NCBI GenBank assembly: GCA_036276055.1
Contig: DATBEN010000208.1
Location: 174-64,173, forward strand
Source of the DNA: Caulobacteraceae bacterium
Lineage (GTDB): Bacteria; Pseudomonadota; Alphaproteobacteria; Caulobacterales; Caulobacteraceae
DNA: 64,000 bases
Direction of reading: 5' to 3'
Of this stretch, positions 63,282 to 64,000 are shown one piece after another; within the stretch, counting starts at the first letter, position 1; each line of letters opens with the position of its first letter. The notes under the pieces are model-generated. The model ran no database searches. It was not told where the DNA came from and saw only the letters and a program-made list of their open reading frames with translations. The translations under genes and the position numbers were made by a program.

Positions 63282-63791
63282 CTATCGGTGCAGCGCCTGA
63301 TCCCGGCCGTCGTCAGGCGGCCGTGTCGCTTTGCGGAGACGTTCCAGCGCCGCCGCTGGCCACAGCCGTTCACTGTCATAATAGATCTCGCAGGCCGGCG
63401 TATCCGTCGGCAGGCCCACCCAAGGAAGCTTGGAGCGGGTGAAGATGTGGACGTCAGGCGGAACCCGTTCGGGCTCGTCCAGCGCGCCCACGCGCACGAA
63501 GCGCAGGCCTGAGCGCCCGCCATAGTCGCTCCACAGCGCCGTTCCGCAGGCGGCGCAGCGATATATGTCGTGCGGGTGGCCGCTCGAAGTGGGCATCCGG
63601 AAGGGCAGGGGAGCGCCACGGTCCAACCGGATTTGGTCGGTTTCGATCAAGGCGTTGATCACAAAGGCGCTGCCTGTCTGCCTTTGGCAGTCCTTGCAGT
63701 GGCAGCAGTGGGTGAACATCGGCGCGCTCAACACGGCGTATCGAACCGCGCCGCAGGCGCACCCGCCCTGGGCGAACGGCAGGTCGCTCAT
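63282..63791 (-). CDS. GFA (glutathione-dependent formaldehyde-activating) family protein
   Basis: GGCACGAVRY, CHCKDCQRQTGSAF, CAACGT. Confidence 0.9.
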   Translation of the reverse strand: MSDLPFAQGGCACGAVRYAVLSAPMFTHCCHCKDCQRQTGSAFVINALIETDQIRLDRGAPLPFRMPTSSGHPHDIYRCAACGTALWSDYGGRSGLRFVRVGALDEPERVPPDVHIFTRSKLPWVGLPTDTPACEIYYDSERLWPAAALERLRKATRPPDDGRDQALHR

Positions 63792-64000
63792 GGCCGCCCC
63801 TCCGCGACCCTGGCGAACGCCGCCGCGCCCTGTTGCATCAGCCCTTCCACCAGGGGCGCAGCGTCGTCGGGCAGGAAATCGCTGGTCCAGAGGAACCGGC
63901 AGCCGCCGCCGTTCTTCACGATCTGCATGGTGGCGGCGTGCTGGCTGAAGCGGCCGCCGACGACAGCGTAGGCGACCCGGCGGCGGGCGTCGTCCAGATG
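63788..64000 (-). CDS. SRPBCC/polyketide cyclase-like protein, C-terminal part (truncated by window edge)
   Basis: Manual translation HLDDARRRVAYAVVGG...MQIV...CRFLWTSDFLPD...GRP*; ATGA overlap with the GFA gene. Confidence 0.75.
   Translation of the reverse strand, partial: HLDDARRRVAYAVVGGRFSQHAATMQIVKNGGGCRFLWTSDFLPDDAAPLVEGLMQQGAAAFARVAEGRP

Overview
High-GC alphaproteobacterial chromosome segment, most likely Caulobacteraceae. This is inferred from the NuoG/CarB sequences, PEPxxWA-CTERM sorting signals, alphaproteobacterial LexA and EcfG boxes, and the nuo-birA-coaX-rnj-mce-DUF1467-proS-lolC/E-lolD gene order. The core backbone (carB, carA, nuoG-N, birA to lolD) is interrupted and flanked by accessory genes. 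The main observations are: (1) a TTQ amine dehydrogenase cluster (mauB/E/D/A-like, closer to aromatic amine dehydrogenase) with no mauG or cupredoxin in the window but two paralogous monoheme cytochromes c, one apparently lacking the axial Met, followed by an orphan leuB-like gene and a TonB receptor; (2) an HpnP-like hopanoid C-2 methylase with an EcfG-type promoter, inserted between nuoN and birA; (3) two LexA boxes, in front of a 2H phosphoesterase and an AlkB-like dioxygenase with a clamp-binding-like motif; (4) a Cys-less LOV-like GGDEF-EAL protein divergent from a MEDS-LuxR regulator; (5) two tandem paralog pairs of secreted proteins. No rRNA, tRNA, CRISPR array or transposase was recognised. 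All assignments come from motif recognition by eye and recalled family sequences; no database search was run.
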